DNA of 64,000 bases from an uncultured Acidobacteriota bacterium (GCA_964455175.1 CAYVUW010000006.1:8720-72719), one strand, 5' to 3'. Positions 46,400 to 56,998 are shown, numbered from the stretch's first letter. The notes: a model not told the origin generated them from the sequence alone. Translations and numbers: made by a program.

Positions 46400-46499
46400 G
46401 ATTCCCTCCCGGGATTGATGTCATAAACAACCTATATAAGACTGCTGTGGATTCACAGTAACAGGATATGTTGCATTGTGGGACGCGGGCGAATTCCCT

Positions 46500-47231
46500 T
46501 CATCGGGAGCTCAAGGCCGACCGGAATTGTCTTATACGATTGGCGTTCACCCCCATGTCGCCGACGCCGGTGCGCGAGGTTGAACGCACGTCAATTACCG
46601 ATCCGATACTCCCGGGACGCACACGAACGACAATATCGTCGACAAAGCGAAACACGGACGTTTCGTCTTCCGCTTCGAACGTGCGCGTCGTCGGGTTGGA
46701 CTCAACAACATCCCAACCAAGATCACTAGCTGTATTAAGAGCCTCCTGATAAGCATCATCGGGACCCACCCTGAGTTCAATTGGCTGTAAGTCAGCGTAA
46801 GCCTGTTCTTGCAAACGGGGAGTCTCGGCTGGCCCATGAGGATAAGAAAGGTCACGGCCTCGATTGGCCAGGTTCATGGCTGCGGCGGAGAAAAGAGGCG
46901 GGTCCGTGGTTTCCGTAGTGATGTCGTGAATCGCCGGAACACCGCTGGCACGGCGCACCAGTGTCCCCAACAACAAAAGACTTCCGAGCCCGATGACCAC
47001 GGCCAGCATTCCAGCCCCTTTTGATACTTGCTCAGCCACTCCGGGCAGGAAGATGCTGGCCAAACCAAGGAACAGAGAGGTAACGCCCCCTCCAAGGAGA
47101 GCCAAACCAAAAACGGCGAACCCTGCAATCGGTGGAACCATCCGAAGCCAAGCCGCCAACACAGCGAACCCTGCAATAGAAATGGCTAACAACCCCATGA
47201 GAGAAGCGCTAGCAATAATTCGATAGATCAT
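46500..47231 (-). CDS. DUF1499 family protein with N-terminal membrane domain
   Basis: 243 aa. Three to four N-terminal TM helices are present. The PAIHDITTETTDPP and SRTGVGDMGVNANRIRQF motifs are characteristic of DUF1499. Confidence 0.6.
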   Translation of the reverse strand: MIYRIIASASLMGLLAISIAGFAVLAAWLRMVPPIAGFAVFGLALLGGGVTSLFLGLASIFLPGVAEQVSKGAGMLAVVIGLGSLLLLGTLVRRASGVPAIHDITTETTDPPLFSAAAMNLANRGRDLSYPHGPAETPRLQEQAYADLQPIELRVGPDDAYQEALNTASDLGWDVVESNPTTRTFEAEDETSVFRFVDDIVVRVRPGSIGSVIDVRSTSRTGVGDMGVNANRIRQFRSALSSR

Positions 47232-47446
47232 CTTCTTGTCACGCTGAGCAGGAAAATGGCCACATGTTGTTTGGAACCTGCTTCATCCAGTTCCTCTAAC
47301 TAGCAAGCCGACAAGAACCTGCCCGGTAGTACTACGGCTGCAAGTAATTAAGGGAGTGTCAGCCGTGTTGACCACTGCCTCTAGCTTGCCTAACCTCGGC
47401 AGATCCTCACACGTTCCCGTGTGAAATCGGAACCAGGAGATTCTCT

Positions 47447-49198
47447 GTGCCTCATCGCCCCTTTTCAATTGTGTTTTCCCCACGGTTCACGTTTTTCTTG
47501 ATCATTGCCTTTGGTTCACTAGCATCCGTCGTCGGCTGCAACGCAGCCAACGACGTTGAACCTGCCAGCATGGTCATCTACAACGGGAAGGTGGTTACTG
47601 TCGACGACACCATGCCTGAAGCCAACGGAATCGTCATCAATGGTGATCGAATCGACCTTGTCGGGTCGAACACTAAGGTAGAAGCCTACATTGGACCAGG
47701 AACCAAGGTGATTGACCTTCAGGGCAACCTGGCAATTCCCGGATTTATTGAGGGGCATGGGCACTTCATGGGGATCGGTTCAAACGTACTGAACCTCGAT
47801 CTTCTGGATGCTACGAGCTGGCAAGGTGTGGCTGACATGGTGGCGACGGCGGTCGCCGAAGCTCAACCGGGCCAGCTGATTGAAGGGCGTGGTTGGCACC
47901 AGGAAAAGATGGAAGACCTGGACGAGTCGAACACCGTGCGCGGATTCCCAACCCATGACGCAATTAGTCAGGTGAGTCGAGAGAATCCAGTGATCCTGCG
48001 GCATGCGTCCGGCCACGCGACATTCGGTAACGCCTATGCCATGGAGCTTGCCAGTGTCGACCGCAACACCATGCAGCCGGAGGGCGGCGAGATCATCTTG
48101 AACAATAATGGCGAACCCATTGGAGTCTTCGTTGAACGCGCCTCAAGCGTAATTAACCGTGCCCGCAGGAATATGGAAAGCCGGATGACTGACGATGACA
48201 GATCCGCTCGGACCTGGCACGAGATGGAACTTGCGTCTCAAGAAGTTATCAGCAAGGGAATCACTAGCTTCCAGGACGCCGGCTCGGGATGGAGCACGAT
48301 CGAGATGTTCAAGCGAGGCGTCGACGAAGACGCGTTGCAGGTGCGACTGTGGGTGATGGTAAGAGGTGAGAACCTCGACGCTGAAACATTGAAGGCTGGA
48401 CGACTTATCGGTTACGGAAATCACATGCTGACAGTGCGCGCCATCAAGTTGGCCATCGATGGAGCGCTCGGCCCACGGGGAGCCTGGCTGCTCGAACCTT
48501 ACAGTGACGAGCCAACCAGTTCTGGCCATAACACCGGTGATCTAGTGGAAATCGAGGCGACAGCCAATCTGGCAATCGAGAACGGCTACCAGTTATGTGT
48601 CCACGCCATAGGCGATCGCGGCAACCGTGAAGTGCTCGACATCTACGAACGAACCTTCAAAGCGCATCCTGAAAAGGCACCCGGCGCACGCTTCCGGATC
48701 GAACACGCGCAACACATTCATCCCGATGACGTTCCACGCTTCGGCGAGCTGGGTGTAATCCCCGCAATGCAAGCGGTCCACTGTACCTCCGATGCACCAT
48801 GGGTGACCCCTAGACTGGGGGCGGAACGCGCCGAGAACGGAGCCTATGTCTGGCAGGACTTAATGAGTACCGGTGCAGTAATAACAAATGGCACCGATGC
48901 CCCGGTCGAGCGCGTTGATCCAATCGCCTCGTTCTACTCCAGCGTCACCCGCAAACCAGCAACCGGAGAAGCCTTCTACCCAGAGCAAGCAATGAGCCGC
49001 ACCGAAGCATTACGCTCGTATACGCTCAACAACGCCTTCGCAGCGTATGAAGACGATGTAAAGGGATCTATCACAGTCGGAAAGCTCGCCGACATAACGA
49101 TTCTGGACCAGGACATCATGACGATTCCCTCAGAGCAAATCAAAGACGCCAAGGTCCTTTATACGATCATCGGCGGCAGAATCCTCTACCAAAGGTAA
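47447..49198 (+). CDS. amidohydrolase-3 family metal-dependent hydrolase, lipoprotein
   Basis: 583 aa. GTG start with AGGAG 7 nt upstream. A lipobox (SLASVVGC) is present. NGKVVTVDD...GDRIDLVGS...AIPGFIEGHGHF matches the Amidohydro_3 N-terminus. Confidence 0.75.
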   Translation: MPHRPFSIVFSPRFTFFLIIAFGSLASVVGCNAANDVEPASMVIYNGKVVTVDDTMPEANGIVINGDRIDLVGSNTKVEAYIGPGTKVIDLQGNLAIPGFIEGHGHFMGIGSNVLNLDLLDATSWQGVADMVATAVAEAQPGQLIEGRGWHQEKMEDLDESNTVRGFPTHDAISQVSRENPVILRHASGHATFGNAYAMELASVDRNTMQPEGGEIILNNNGEPIGVFVERASSVINRARRNMESRMTDDDRSARTWHEMELASQEVISKGITSFQDAGSGWSTIEMFKRGVDEDALQVRLWVMVRGENLDAETLKAGRLIGYGNHMLTVRAIKLAIDGALGPRGAWLLEPYSDEPTSSGHNTGDLVEIEATANLAIENGYQLCVHAIGDRGNREVLDIYERTFKAHPEKAPGARFRIEHAQHIHPDDVPRFGELGVIPAMQAVHCTSDAPWVTPRLGAERAENGAYVWQDLMSTGAVITNGTDAPVERVDPIASFYSSVTRKPATGEAFYPEQAMSRTEALRSYTLNNAFAAYEDDVKGSITVGKLADITILDQDIMTIPSEQIKDAKVLYTIIGGRILYQR

Positions 49199-49374
49199 GT
49201 ACATCGAATTGCAAGATGAAGTCTCAACAGGACAGCCAATCACTGCACGGTTCCTGTAACTATCCCTTAGCTTGTCTCGCCTCGCTCGTTCTCAACGGCT
49301 AAACTAAAAAGCCGTTGCCAAGCAGGCACCGCTCTTGTTTGATCCTCAAACCTCTGCCAACAGCCAGCACGATC

Positions 49375-49605
49375 ATGGATCCAGAGCATCTCAAATCTCT
49401 TATTGAAACCGGTATCCCTGGAGCCCATGTGAGCGTGCAGGATCTCACTGGGACCCGCGACCACTTCGGCGTCCAAGTAGTTGCCAATGCCTTCGCCGGT
49501 AAAAGCCTGGTCGAACAACACCAGATGGTCTATCGGGCCGTCGGGCAGGAACTGACCAACGCTGTGCATGCGCTGCAAGTGCATACGGTGGTCCCAGAGG
49601 AGTAG
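49375..49605 (+). CDS. bolA: BolA family protein
   Basis: ORF 49315..49605 trimmed to MDPEHLKSLIETGIPGAHVSVQDLTGTRDHFGVQVVANAFAGKSLVEQHQMVYRAV, a BolA fold signature. It sits immediately upstream of grxD. Confidence 0.75.
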   Translation: MDPEHLKSLIETGIPGAHVSVQDLTGTRDHFGVQVVANAFAGKSLVEQHQMVYRAVGQELTNAVHALQVHTVVPEE

Positions 49606-49609
49606 AACC

Positions 49610-49936
49610 ATGTCCAGCGAACTAAAACAACAAATCGAAGACTTGATCGTCAATAATCCAGTGCATGTGTTCATGAAGGGCACACCAGAGTGGCCACAGT
49701 GCGGTTTCTCCAAGGCCACCTGTGACGCCTTTCGTTCAATCGACGTGCAGTTCACTGCCACAAATGTCCTTGAAGATCTCGACAGCTATCGGGCTACCTT
49801 GATGGATGTGACGGCATGGCCAACGATTCCACAGGTATTCATTGGCGGTGATTTCGTCGGCGGTTGCGACATAGTCCTCGAAATGCTTCGCAACGGCGAG
49901 CTTGAAGAAAAAATAGGTGGCCTCACAGAAGAGTAA
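49610..49936 (+). CDS. grxD: Grx4-type monothiol glutaredoxin
   Basis: ORF 49568..49936 trimmed to MSSELKQQIEDLI...GTPEWPQCGFSKAT (CGFS active site). The ATG is 4 nt after the bolA stop. Confidence 0.85.
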   Translation: MSSELKQQIEDLIVNNPVHVFMKGTPEWPQCGFSKATCDAFRSIDVQFTATNVLEDLDSYRATLMDVTAWPTIPQVFIGGDFVGGCDIVLEMLRNGELEEKIGGLTEE

Positions 49937-50070
49937 GTTATGCAAGCGCTAGTAGTGGACACAAAGACCCTTGTTTGTGCCCGGTCTACATGCGCACTGG
50001 CCCGAAGCGCTATTGGCAAGGCGACCAAGAAGAGCTTCAAGTTCAACTCAGGCAAGGGAGACTGACATCC

Positions 50071-50085
50071 TGATCCCCGGGATCA
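50071..50085 (+). promoter_or_regulatory. near-perfect palindrome TGATCC-CCG-GGATCA about 25 nt upstream of the MFS gene start
   Basis: tgatccccgggatca was read directly. It is a possible operator. Confidence 0.2.
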
Positions 50086-50110
50086 CAGTTCGTTCTTTCG
50101 CCCGCCGCTC

Positions 50111-51442
50111 ATGAACAACACGCCGCCGGTAACCTCCCGCGAGATCTGGGCCTGGGGTCTCTACGACTTTGCAAACTCGGCATTTGCCACCAGCATCCTG
50201 GCCGTTATTTTCAACCGTTATTTTGCTGAGCAACTAGCGGGCGGTGCGGATGGTGTCGTGCTCGACCTCTTCAGCATCACCCTAAGAGTTCCGGGCGTCA
50301 CGTTCTTTACCTACACCTTGGCGGCAGCCATGCTGGTAGTCGCGCTGTTAGCACCAGTATTAGGTGCCATCGCCGACTCGTCGGGTACAAAGAAGCGGTT
50401 CCTCGCATTCTTCTGCTATATGGGCGCCGGCGCCACTGCCATGTTGTATTTCGCCAATGAGGGTCAATACTGGCGCGGTGCGATTTTCTTCCTCGTGGCA
50501 CAGATTGGCTTTTCGGCAGCCAATATTTTTTACAATGCTTTTCTGCCAGAGATCTCGACCCCAAAAAATATAGGCTGGATCTCCGGCTTCGGCTTTACGC
50601 TTGGCTACCTCGGCGGCGCCATCATGTTGGCACTGAATCTGGTGATGCTGAGCTACCCTCAGTGGCTTGGTTTCGCTCACCCATTCAGCCCTCAAGACAC
50701 CTTCCTGTCAGTGGCTTTATGGTGGGCAGTGTGTGCGCTGCCTACTTTCCTGTGGTTGAGGGAGCGTCAGTCGGCGATCCAGTTAATACCTGGGAAGTCT
50801 TACGTAAAGATTGGTATCCAGCGGGTCGCCAAAACATTTTCCAACGTCCGCCGTTACCGGGAACTAACAAAGTTCCTCATCGCATTCTTGATCTACAACG
50901 ACGGCATTCAAACAACCGTTGTTATCTCAGCAATCTTCATAGACGAAGTCCTTGGGATGTCGGATGGCATGATCCTGGGGCTGTTTCTCGTCATTCAAGC
51001 GACAGCGTTTGTCGGCGCGTTAATCCTGGGGGCGGCAAGCGACTACATTGGCAACAAACGAGTTGTTTTACTAACCCTTGTAGTCTGGACGACGGTTGCG
51101 GTTTGGGGTTACTTCATCGGCATTACAGGGAACACGCAAGCGGAAGTCTGGGGTCTCGGCATCGTCGTTGGGTTGGTGCTCGGGGGTAGCCAGTCCGCAA
51201 GCCGAGCAATCCAGGGCACGTTCACTCCGGTGGGCAAAAGCGCCGAGTTTTTCGCCTTCTATGGCATCGCGGGGCGCTTCTCTTCGGTGTTGGGCCCGTT
51301 AACCTATGGAAGTGTCTATGCGTTATTAGGGGCACGCCCCGCGATTCTTTGTCTAGCCGTGTTCTTCATCATAGGACTCCTCATCTTGCTGACCGTCGAT
51401 GAGAAGGAAGGACAGCGTCAAGCCAAAATGGCCGTGGCGTAA
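50111..51442 (+). CDS. MFS transporter
   Basis: 443 aa with 12 predicted TM helices. The N-terminus WAWGLYDFANSAFATSILAVIFNRYF is UMF1-like. Confidence 0.75.
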   Translation: MNNTPPVTSREIWAWGLYDFANSAFATSILAVIFNRYFAEQLAGGADGVVLDLFSITLRVPGVTFFTYTLAAAMLVVALLAPVLGAIADSSGTKKRFLAFFCYMGAGATAMLYFANEGQYWRGAIFFLVAQIGFSAANIFYNAFLPEISTPKNIGWISGFGFTLGYLGGAIMLALNLVMLSYPQWLGFAHPFSPQDTFLSVALWWAVCALPTFLWLRERQSAIQLIPGKSYVKIGIQRVAKTFSNVRRYRELTKFLIAFLIYNDGIQTTVVISAIFIDEVLGMSDGMILGLFLVIQATAFVGALILGAASDYIGNKRVVLLTLVVWTTVAVWGYFIGITGNTQAEVWGLGIVVGLVLGGSQSASRAIQGTFTPVGKSAEFFAFYGIAGRFSSVLGPLTYGSVYALLGARPAILCLAVFFIIGLLILLTVDEKEGQRQAKMAVA

Positions 51443-51581
51443 GGCAAACGGAACTCAACCTCGATCACTGGCGAGCAGACGATCACCGCTCTTCAACCGA
51501 TACAGCGCACATGTTGTAACAGCGAGGCGCCAGAGGGTCCGCTCTTCCGCCCTCTGCAGCCTCGCCATCAACAACCTCGCA

Positions 51582-54266
51582 CTAGCGCCAGAACAGTTCG
51601 TCCTGAGAGCAGTACGGTTCCAAGTTCAGACTGCTGAAGCCAGTACCAGACCAAGAACCCAGATAGTTCAGTGCAGGTTCACCAATCGGCGCTCCCGGAG
51701 GCGCCGCCGGAATTGCCACTTCCCTGTAAGCCTCGCCTGGGCGTGACAGAAAGCGCCTGATATCGCCAGCCACTAGATTGTAATGGGGCTCGTCATCCGC
51801 AGAGACACCGTCCTCTGATTCGATGCGTGCGGTCAAGCGTTCGAGTGCAAGTGTCGCTATGGCACGAACCTGAGGCATCTGTGCTGACCCAGCGAGCTGC
51901 ATGAGATGTTCAGCCACAACGCGCTCCACGGCACGATTGATTTCCGCTTCGTACCCGTTCGTTGGCTGCGCTCCAAAGGTCGCTTCGACAAGTTCATCAA
52001 TAACCTCGTCCAACCCTGGAAGAGACTCAGTAACAGCGTGCTGCTGAACAAGACGCGCAGCACGCTGGCCATTAAGAATTTCACTAACTGTATGGTCAGC
52101 CGCCACTACCGCTGGGGTAATCACATCAAAGGAAGATCCCGTGTAGCGAGGAAATAGCTCACGACCGCCACCGAAACCGGTCGGACGCGGCGGCAGCATC
52201 GTTACCACGGTGTCGGGAAGGGCCAGCTCGTCGGATGAGATGGTCGCCAGCAAGGCATCAAGCGCGGCCATCTGATCCTCGCGCGATATCGGTTCCACCG
52301 GCGTCCGCCCATCCCCTCGTAGGGAATAAATGTAGTCGATGCCACCAAGAGGCGAAGCCGCGGCCGAAACCTGGTAGCGATGGTGAAGGTAAAGCGGTAC
52401 AAGCACCTCCTCCATCATTGCCATAGGCTGACCCAGCTTGATATTGCGCTCGCCGAAGCGATCCAGCGCGGCCCGACGTACCTCCATCATGCGGTTGAGC
52501 TCGACGGTCGGATCAGCGCCGTTGGACCACTGGTTGACGCGTGGATTGGCGCTCATGTCCTGGTTGGTCATGTAGCGCAGGTCCTGTTCCCAAGCCTCGG
52601 CCAGGATTACTTGTAAGGCTTCAGACTCATCGGTCCCGTCGGGAAAGTCTTGGTAACCGTAGGCAACCCCGATTTTGTCCCACTCACCAATCTCAAGCTC
52701 GTAAACCTCAGAAAAATCGAAGGTGCCGTCAGCATTCAAGGTAATAAAGGGGTGCGGGTAATCCATGACCGACGTCCGGCCCTGAGAGCTGTCGTAGTAG
52801 TTGTGCCCAAAGCCGATGGTATGGCCAACCTCGTGAGCTGACAGCTGACTGACCCGGGACAGAGCCCAGTCGGCAAGCTCGGGAGGGGTCTCGTCACCGT
52901 TGACGTAAGGCGCAAGTAAACCTTCGGCGATCATGTAGTCTTGGCGCACACGCAGCGAGCCGAGCGTCACCAAGCCCTTCATGATCTCCCCAGTACGCGG
53001 GTCGGTAACTCCCCCACCGGTGCTCCAACCGCGGGTCGAGCGATGTACCCAATTAATGACGTTGTAGCGGATGTCATGGCTTGAAACGTCGGGAGGTCGC
53101 ATTTCAACCTGGAAGGCATCACGATAACCAGCAGCTTCAAACGCTTGGTCCCACCAGCGCGCACCCTCCAGCAGAGCCGTTCTCGTGGGTTCAGGAGTCC
53201 CGGGGTCAAGGTAGAAAACGATCGGTTCAACCGCAGCTGACACCGCAGCGGTGGGATCAACCTTTTCGAGGCGATGCCGGCGAGCGTAGCGCTTGACCAG
53301 TGGTGTTCCCAACGCTACCGAATAATCTTGATAACTTACCGAGCCAAGACTTGAGCGGGGATCATACTCGCGCGGCGTGTAGTCGTCGTCAGGAAGTTGG
53401 ACGAAAGCGTGGTGAACACGCAGGGTCGGTGCCGCCCCAGATGCGGCAACCGCACCCACGCCTTCAAACGCACCTCCACGACCGCCACCGCGTCCACCGC
53501 GGCCACCACCGCCACCACTGCCGTTAACGAAGGTGAGCGAGGCTTCCATCTCAGTATTTTCTGGGAAGTTCATTGTCATCGCCCGATAGACCGCGCTGCG
53601 ACTAGACTCGACGCGATAACCACCAAGCCGGTTGGCAATACCAGTGTGATCGGCCAACAGGTAAGGGGTCATATCGACGAGCACCCGGTCTCCAGTTTGT
53701 GCCGCAGGAGTCCAGCCCCAGTGAATCGCTGGCGCAAATGCGTCGGTGACTGCACGGACCTCTTCGACGTTGTCTGAACTTGAGCGGAAACTGTAGTTGG
53801 GCTGCACCATGAAGATTTTCGGCCCAACTCTCTCAAAGTAGATAATCCGGCTGCCTTGCGATGCACCACGATCAAGGCCTATATCATTTGACCCAAGACC
53901 GGCGGCCAGACCAGTGAGATTGAGAAGCTCCTCATTCCACCGGTTGATCTCCATGAACAACTGACCGGTCTCTGCATCCCAGTACATCGGCATAAACCCG
54001 TCCATCTTCTCCATGCCCATGGTACTGGCTTCAATTGTCAGAGGCGTGCCTTCCTGCTGGCCACTTCGCTGTGCCCGAATGGCAGCTCGGAACTCAGCTT
54101 CCCAGCCTGTAGCGGCGGCGCTTTCGGCCATCCAGCCTTCGGCGGCAAGGCTTGTAGCCGTGGCCGAGCGACTCAAAATCATCGGCGGAATCACGAGAGC
54201 CACCGCAAATGCGAGAGTCAGAAATCGTGCAATCCGATTTGGAGTTCGAAATCGGTGATAAACCAT
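51582..54266 (-). CDS. secreted zinc-dependent metalloprotease (DUF4953/DUF5117 family, metzincin-like HExxHxxGxxH)
   Basis: ORF 51582..54338. The start is placed at MVYHRFRTPNRIARFLTLAFAVALVIPP (signal). HEVGHTIGFGHN zinc site. The Gly/Arg-rich insert is GSGGGGGRGGRGGGRGGAFEG. Confidence 0.75.
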   Translation of the reverse strand: MVYHRFRTPNRIARFLTLAFAVALVIPPMILSRSATATSLAAEGWMAESAAATGWEAEFRAAIRAQRSGQQEGTPLTIEASTMGMEKMDGFMPMYWDAETGQLFMEINRWNEELLNLTGLAAGLGSNDIGLDRGASQGSRIIYFERVGPKIFMVQPNYSFRSSSDNVEEVRAVTDAFAPAIHWGWTPAAQTGDRVLVDMTPYLLADHTGIANRLGGYRVESSRSAVYRAMTMNFPENTEMEASLTFVNGSGGGGGRGGRGGGRGGAFEGVGAVAASGAAPTLRVHHAFVQLPDDDYTPREYDPRSSLGSVSYQDYSVALGTPLVKRYARRHRLEKVDPTAAVSAAVEPIVFYLDPGTPEPTRTALLEGARWWDQAFEAAGYRDAFQVEMRPPDVSSHDIRYNVINWVHRSTRGWSTGGGVTDPRTGEIMKGLVTLGSLRVRQDYMIAEGLLAPYVNGDETPPELADWALSRVSQLSAHEVGHTIGFGHNYYDSSQGRTSVMDYPHPFITLNADGTFDFSEVYELEIGEWDKIGVAYGYQDFPDGTDESEALQVILAEAWEQDLRYMTNQDMSANPRVNQWSNGADPTVELNRMMEVRRAALDRFGERNIKLGQPMAMMEEVLVPLYLHHRYQVSAAASPLGGIDYIYSLRGDGRTPVEPISREDQMAALDALLATISSDELALPDTVVTMLPPRPTGFGGGRELFPRYTGSSFDVITPAVVAADHTVSEILNGQRAARLVQQHAVTESLPGLDEVIDELVEATFGAQPTNGYEAEINRAVERVVAEHLMQLAGSAQMPQVRAIATLALERLTARIESEDGVSADDEPHYNLVAGDIRRFLSRPGEAYREVAIPAAPPGAPIGEPALNYLGSWSGTGFSSLNLEPYCSQDELFWR

Positions 54267-54398
54267 GTGGGCCAGCCTCCTGGTGAAGTACCACTGAATG
54301 AATTGAAATTGGGGGCCCCTAGTTTGACAAGACTTCACTCTTTCGCCAACCGGACCAGTGGTGCCATCCTCGTATGGTGGATCAGGTAAGCTCCACCA

Positions 54399-55616
54399 AT
54401 GAGCGATAAGTGGCGTAATCTTTGGCTCTTAATGATCTCCGTACTGCTCGCCAAGGGGCTTTGGTTTTCCGCCCCAGCGGTTGTGCCTCAGTTGACAACC
54501 GAGTGGGATCTTAGCGGGAGTCAGCAATCTTGGCTGACAATGACCGTGCAAGCAGGTTTCGTCATTGGCGCACTGGTCAGCGCCGCAATCAATCTAGCTG
54601 ACCGTGTCCAGCCCCAGTTCCTGCTCGCCGCTAGCGCACTCGCCGGAGCTATGTTCAACGCTTCAATCGCAGTGTTCGCGGACTCCCCCGATGTCGTAAT
54701 GGTGCTGCGAGTGCTGACAGGAGTCTGCTTAGCAGGCGTTTACCCACCCGGAATGAAGCTGGTGGCAACCTGGTGCAAAGAAGACCGTGGTCTAGGTATT
54801 GGCCTTTTGGTCGGCGCCCTGACAATCGGTTCGGCTTCTCCCCACTTAATCAACGCGCTGCCTTTTCTGGGTGGGGAAACGGGGATGCCTCCCTGGCGTA
54901 GTGTGCTAATCGTCTCCTCAGCATTTGCAGTGAGCGGCGCAGCAATCGCCGCTGCCTTCGTACGACCAGGGTCGGTATTGCCCGCGACAAGCCAGTTCAG
55001 TTGGCATTACGCTACCCGAGCACTGCGAGAAAAATCGGTGCGGCTTGCCAACTTTGGTTATCTGGGTCACATGTGGGAACTGTACGCGATGTGGGCCTGG
55101 ATTCCTCTGTTTCTACTGACTAGCTATCAACGGGCTGGGTGGAGCGAAACCTCAGCCCGATTGATCGGTTTCGCAATTATCGCGGCAGGAGGTGTCGGAA
55201 GTGTTATCGCCGGCATATGGGCAGACCGGTGGGGACGAACCACGGTATCAATCGGTAGCTTACTTATCTCCGGGACCTGCTGTCTTTTTGTCGGGTTTTT
55301 ATTCGATTCGCCCTTCCTGCTCACCCTGCTTTGTCTAACCTGGGGTCTAGTTATTGTCGCCGATAGTGCCCAGTTCAGCGCAGCGATAAGCGAACTCACC
55401 GACCCCGAACACATCGGCACTGCACTCACCGTTCAAACTAGCCTCGGCTTTCTTCTAACGATGGTTTCAATTTGGATGATTCCACCGCTCGTCGAGCGGA
55501 TTGGGTGGGAGTGGGCCTTCGCAACCCTGGCGATCGGTCCGCTATTTGGAATCATCAGCATGGTACGACTGCGCACCTTGCCCGAAGCCATGCGCATGGC
55601 TTCAGGTAATCGATGA
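54399..55616 (+). CDS. MFS transporter
   Basis: 405 aa. Twelve TM helices are predicted. Confidence 0.75.
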   Translation: MSDKWRNLWLLMISVLLAKGLWFSAPAVVPQLTTEWDLSGSQQSWLTMTVQAGFVIGALVSAAINLADRVQPQFLLAASALAGAMFNASIAVFADSPDVVMVLRVLTGVCLAGVYPPGMKLVATWCKEDRGLGIGLLVGALTIGSASPHLINALPFLGGETGMPPWRSVLIVSSAFAVSGAAIAAAFVRPGSVLPATSQFSWHYATRALREKSVRLANFGYLGHMWELYAMWAWIPLFLLTSYQRAGWSETSARLIGFAIIAAGGVGSVIAGIWADRWGRTTVSIGSLLISGTCCLFVGFLFDSPFLLTLLCLTWGLVIVADSAQFSAAISELTDPEHIGTALTVQTSLGFLLTMVSIWMIPPLVERIGWEWAFATLAIGPLFGIISMVRLRTLPEAMRMASGNR

Positions 55617-55635
55617 GCACCCCCTGGTTAACCCC

Positions 55636-55755
55636 GATGCTAAAGGTTCTTAGGAATTTTTTGGTGGTTGTTTTGTTTCAGCTGTTTAAGGGGCTTTGGC
55701 CGTGGCTTCTCATTTTGGGGATTATTTTGTTCTGGCAAAGGAATTTTGCTAATTA
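55636..55755 (+). CDS. putative 39-aa hydrophobic small protein (MLKVLRNFLVVVLFQLFKGLWPWLLILGIILFWQRNFAN)
   Basis: It is an uninterrupted ATG-to-TAG frame in the AT-rich spacer 20 nt after the MFS stop and is below the ORF-track size cut-off. A single predicted TM helix rich in W, F and L is present. No strong SD is present. Confidence 0.25.
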
Positions 55756-55882
55756 GCTTTCTGTCCAACTGAAGGATCTATTGATCGAAACATTCTTGAT
55801 ACACCTGCTCGACCGTTTTCGGGGCTGCCTGTAGGCTGTGCTTCACCGTTTACAGTATTCAGAACATACAGGAGGAAGAGAA

Positions 55883-56161
55883 ATGAAAGTAATGCTGTGT
55901 TGGAAATTCACTGACGGTGCTTCTTATGTGGCTGGTGTGGAAGAGTTTTTGAGCACTGGAGCGCCAGATCCTGACGGACTCACAACCATTGGTCGGTGGC
56001 ATGCTCCAGGCTCGAAGTATGGGTTCCACCTAGTAGAAGGAGACCCTTTGCTAATAGCAGAACAATGCGGCAATTGGAATGCACTCTGCGATATCGAGTC
56101 CACACCTGTTTTTGATGACGAAGAGGCCGCAACAGCCTTACGAAAATCCACTGCGAATTAA
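55883..56161 (+). CDS. DUF3303 family protein
   Basis: ORF 55838..56161 trimmed to MKVMLCWKF with AGGAGGAAG SD. VAGVEEFLSTGAPDPDGLTTIGRWHAPGSKYGFHLVEGD matches DUF3303. Confidence 0.7.
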   Translation: MKVMLCWKFTDGASYVAGVEEFLSTGAPDPDGLTTIGRWHAPGSKYGFHLVEGDPLLIAEQCGNWNALCDIESTPVFDDEEAATALRKSTAN

Positions 56162-56211
56162 TAGGTACAGGGCAACGTATTCTCTATGACATCCCTTGCA
56201 GGGGAGGAATA

Positions 56212-56607
56212 ATGGCTGAGTTGACGGATCAAGATCGAGCTGAACTCCGGGAGATGATCGAGCAGAAGTGGGTCGACACGTGCAAGACCCGAGATTGGGA
56301 AGCGTGTATGGCCCTCTGCACAGAGGGTCTCGTCTACATGCCTCCGGATCATACGGTTCTTCATGGAAAAGCGGAAACTCAGGCGTGGCTCTCCCAGTTT
56401 CCGGAGTTGAAGAACTTCACCCAAGAGCTTGTGGACATCACGGGGGACACCAGGTTGGCCGTGGTGCGAGGTACTGCCAAGGTCACCATCCTCGTCGATG
56501 GACAGGAATTGCAAGGATTCGGGAAGTTCATGGGCACGGCCACGAAGCAGAGTGGTGACTGGCTTTTCTCGGCTGTCTGTTTCAATTGGGACGCTCCCCT
56601 CTCATAG
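56212..56607 (+). CDS. NTF2-like / SnoaL-like (DUF4440-type) small protein
   Basis: 131 aa. MAELTDQDRAELREMIEQKWVDTCKTRDWEACMALCTEGLVYMPP is typical of a ketosteroid-isomerase-like fold. Confidence 0.55.
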   Translation: MAELTDQDRAELREMIEQKWVDTCKTRDWEACMALCTEGLVYMPPDHTVLHGKAETQAWLSQFPELKNFTQELVDITGDTRLAVVRGTAKVTILVDGQELQGFGKFMGTATKQSGDWLFSAVCFNWDAPLS

Positions 56608-56998
56608 AGGAGTAAGGCCCCTAAGGATTCTGGGGCAGACGTGCAAAGGTGCGGTGAGGCTGGCGCAGGCGATGCGCCAGCCCCACCGCATCATCGTCTT
56701 GATAGGTTTTAATTTCAGGACAGAGGTAGGAATGGCTCCCTCTTACATAGAGTGGACCGTGGTCACGCGGATGGGAGGATGTAGCTCTAGGGTCGGAGTG
56801 ATTCTTGCCCGGATGAGAGCAACAGGACCTTTAAAACAACACTTCAAAATGAGTGGGAGTTGCCAAAACACCATTGGTAACTGATTTCAGGATCCCCTAC
56901 TCTCAATGACAGCAAGGGTTTCCAGAGATTAGCTAACAAAATCAGTTATTCGTATGGTAATTGATTGATTTATGTGAACCGAACCTCAGAAAAATTCC

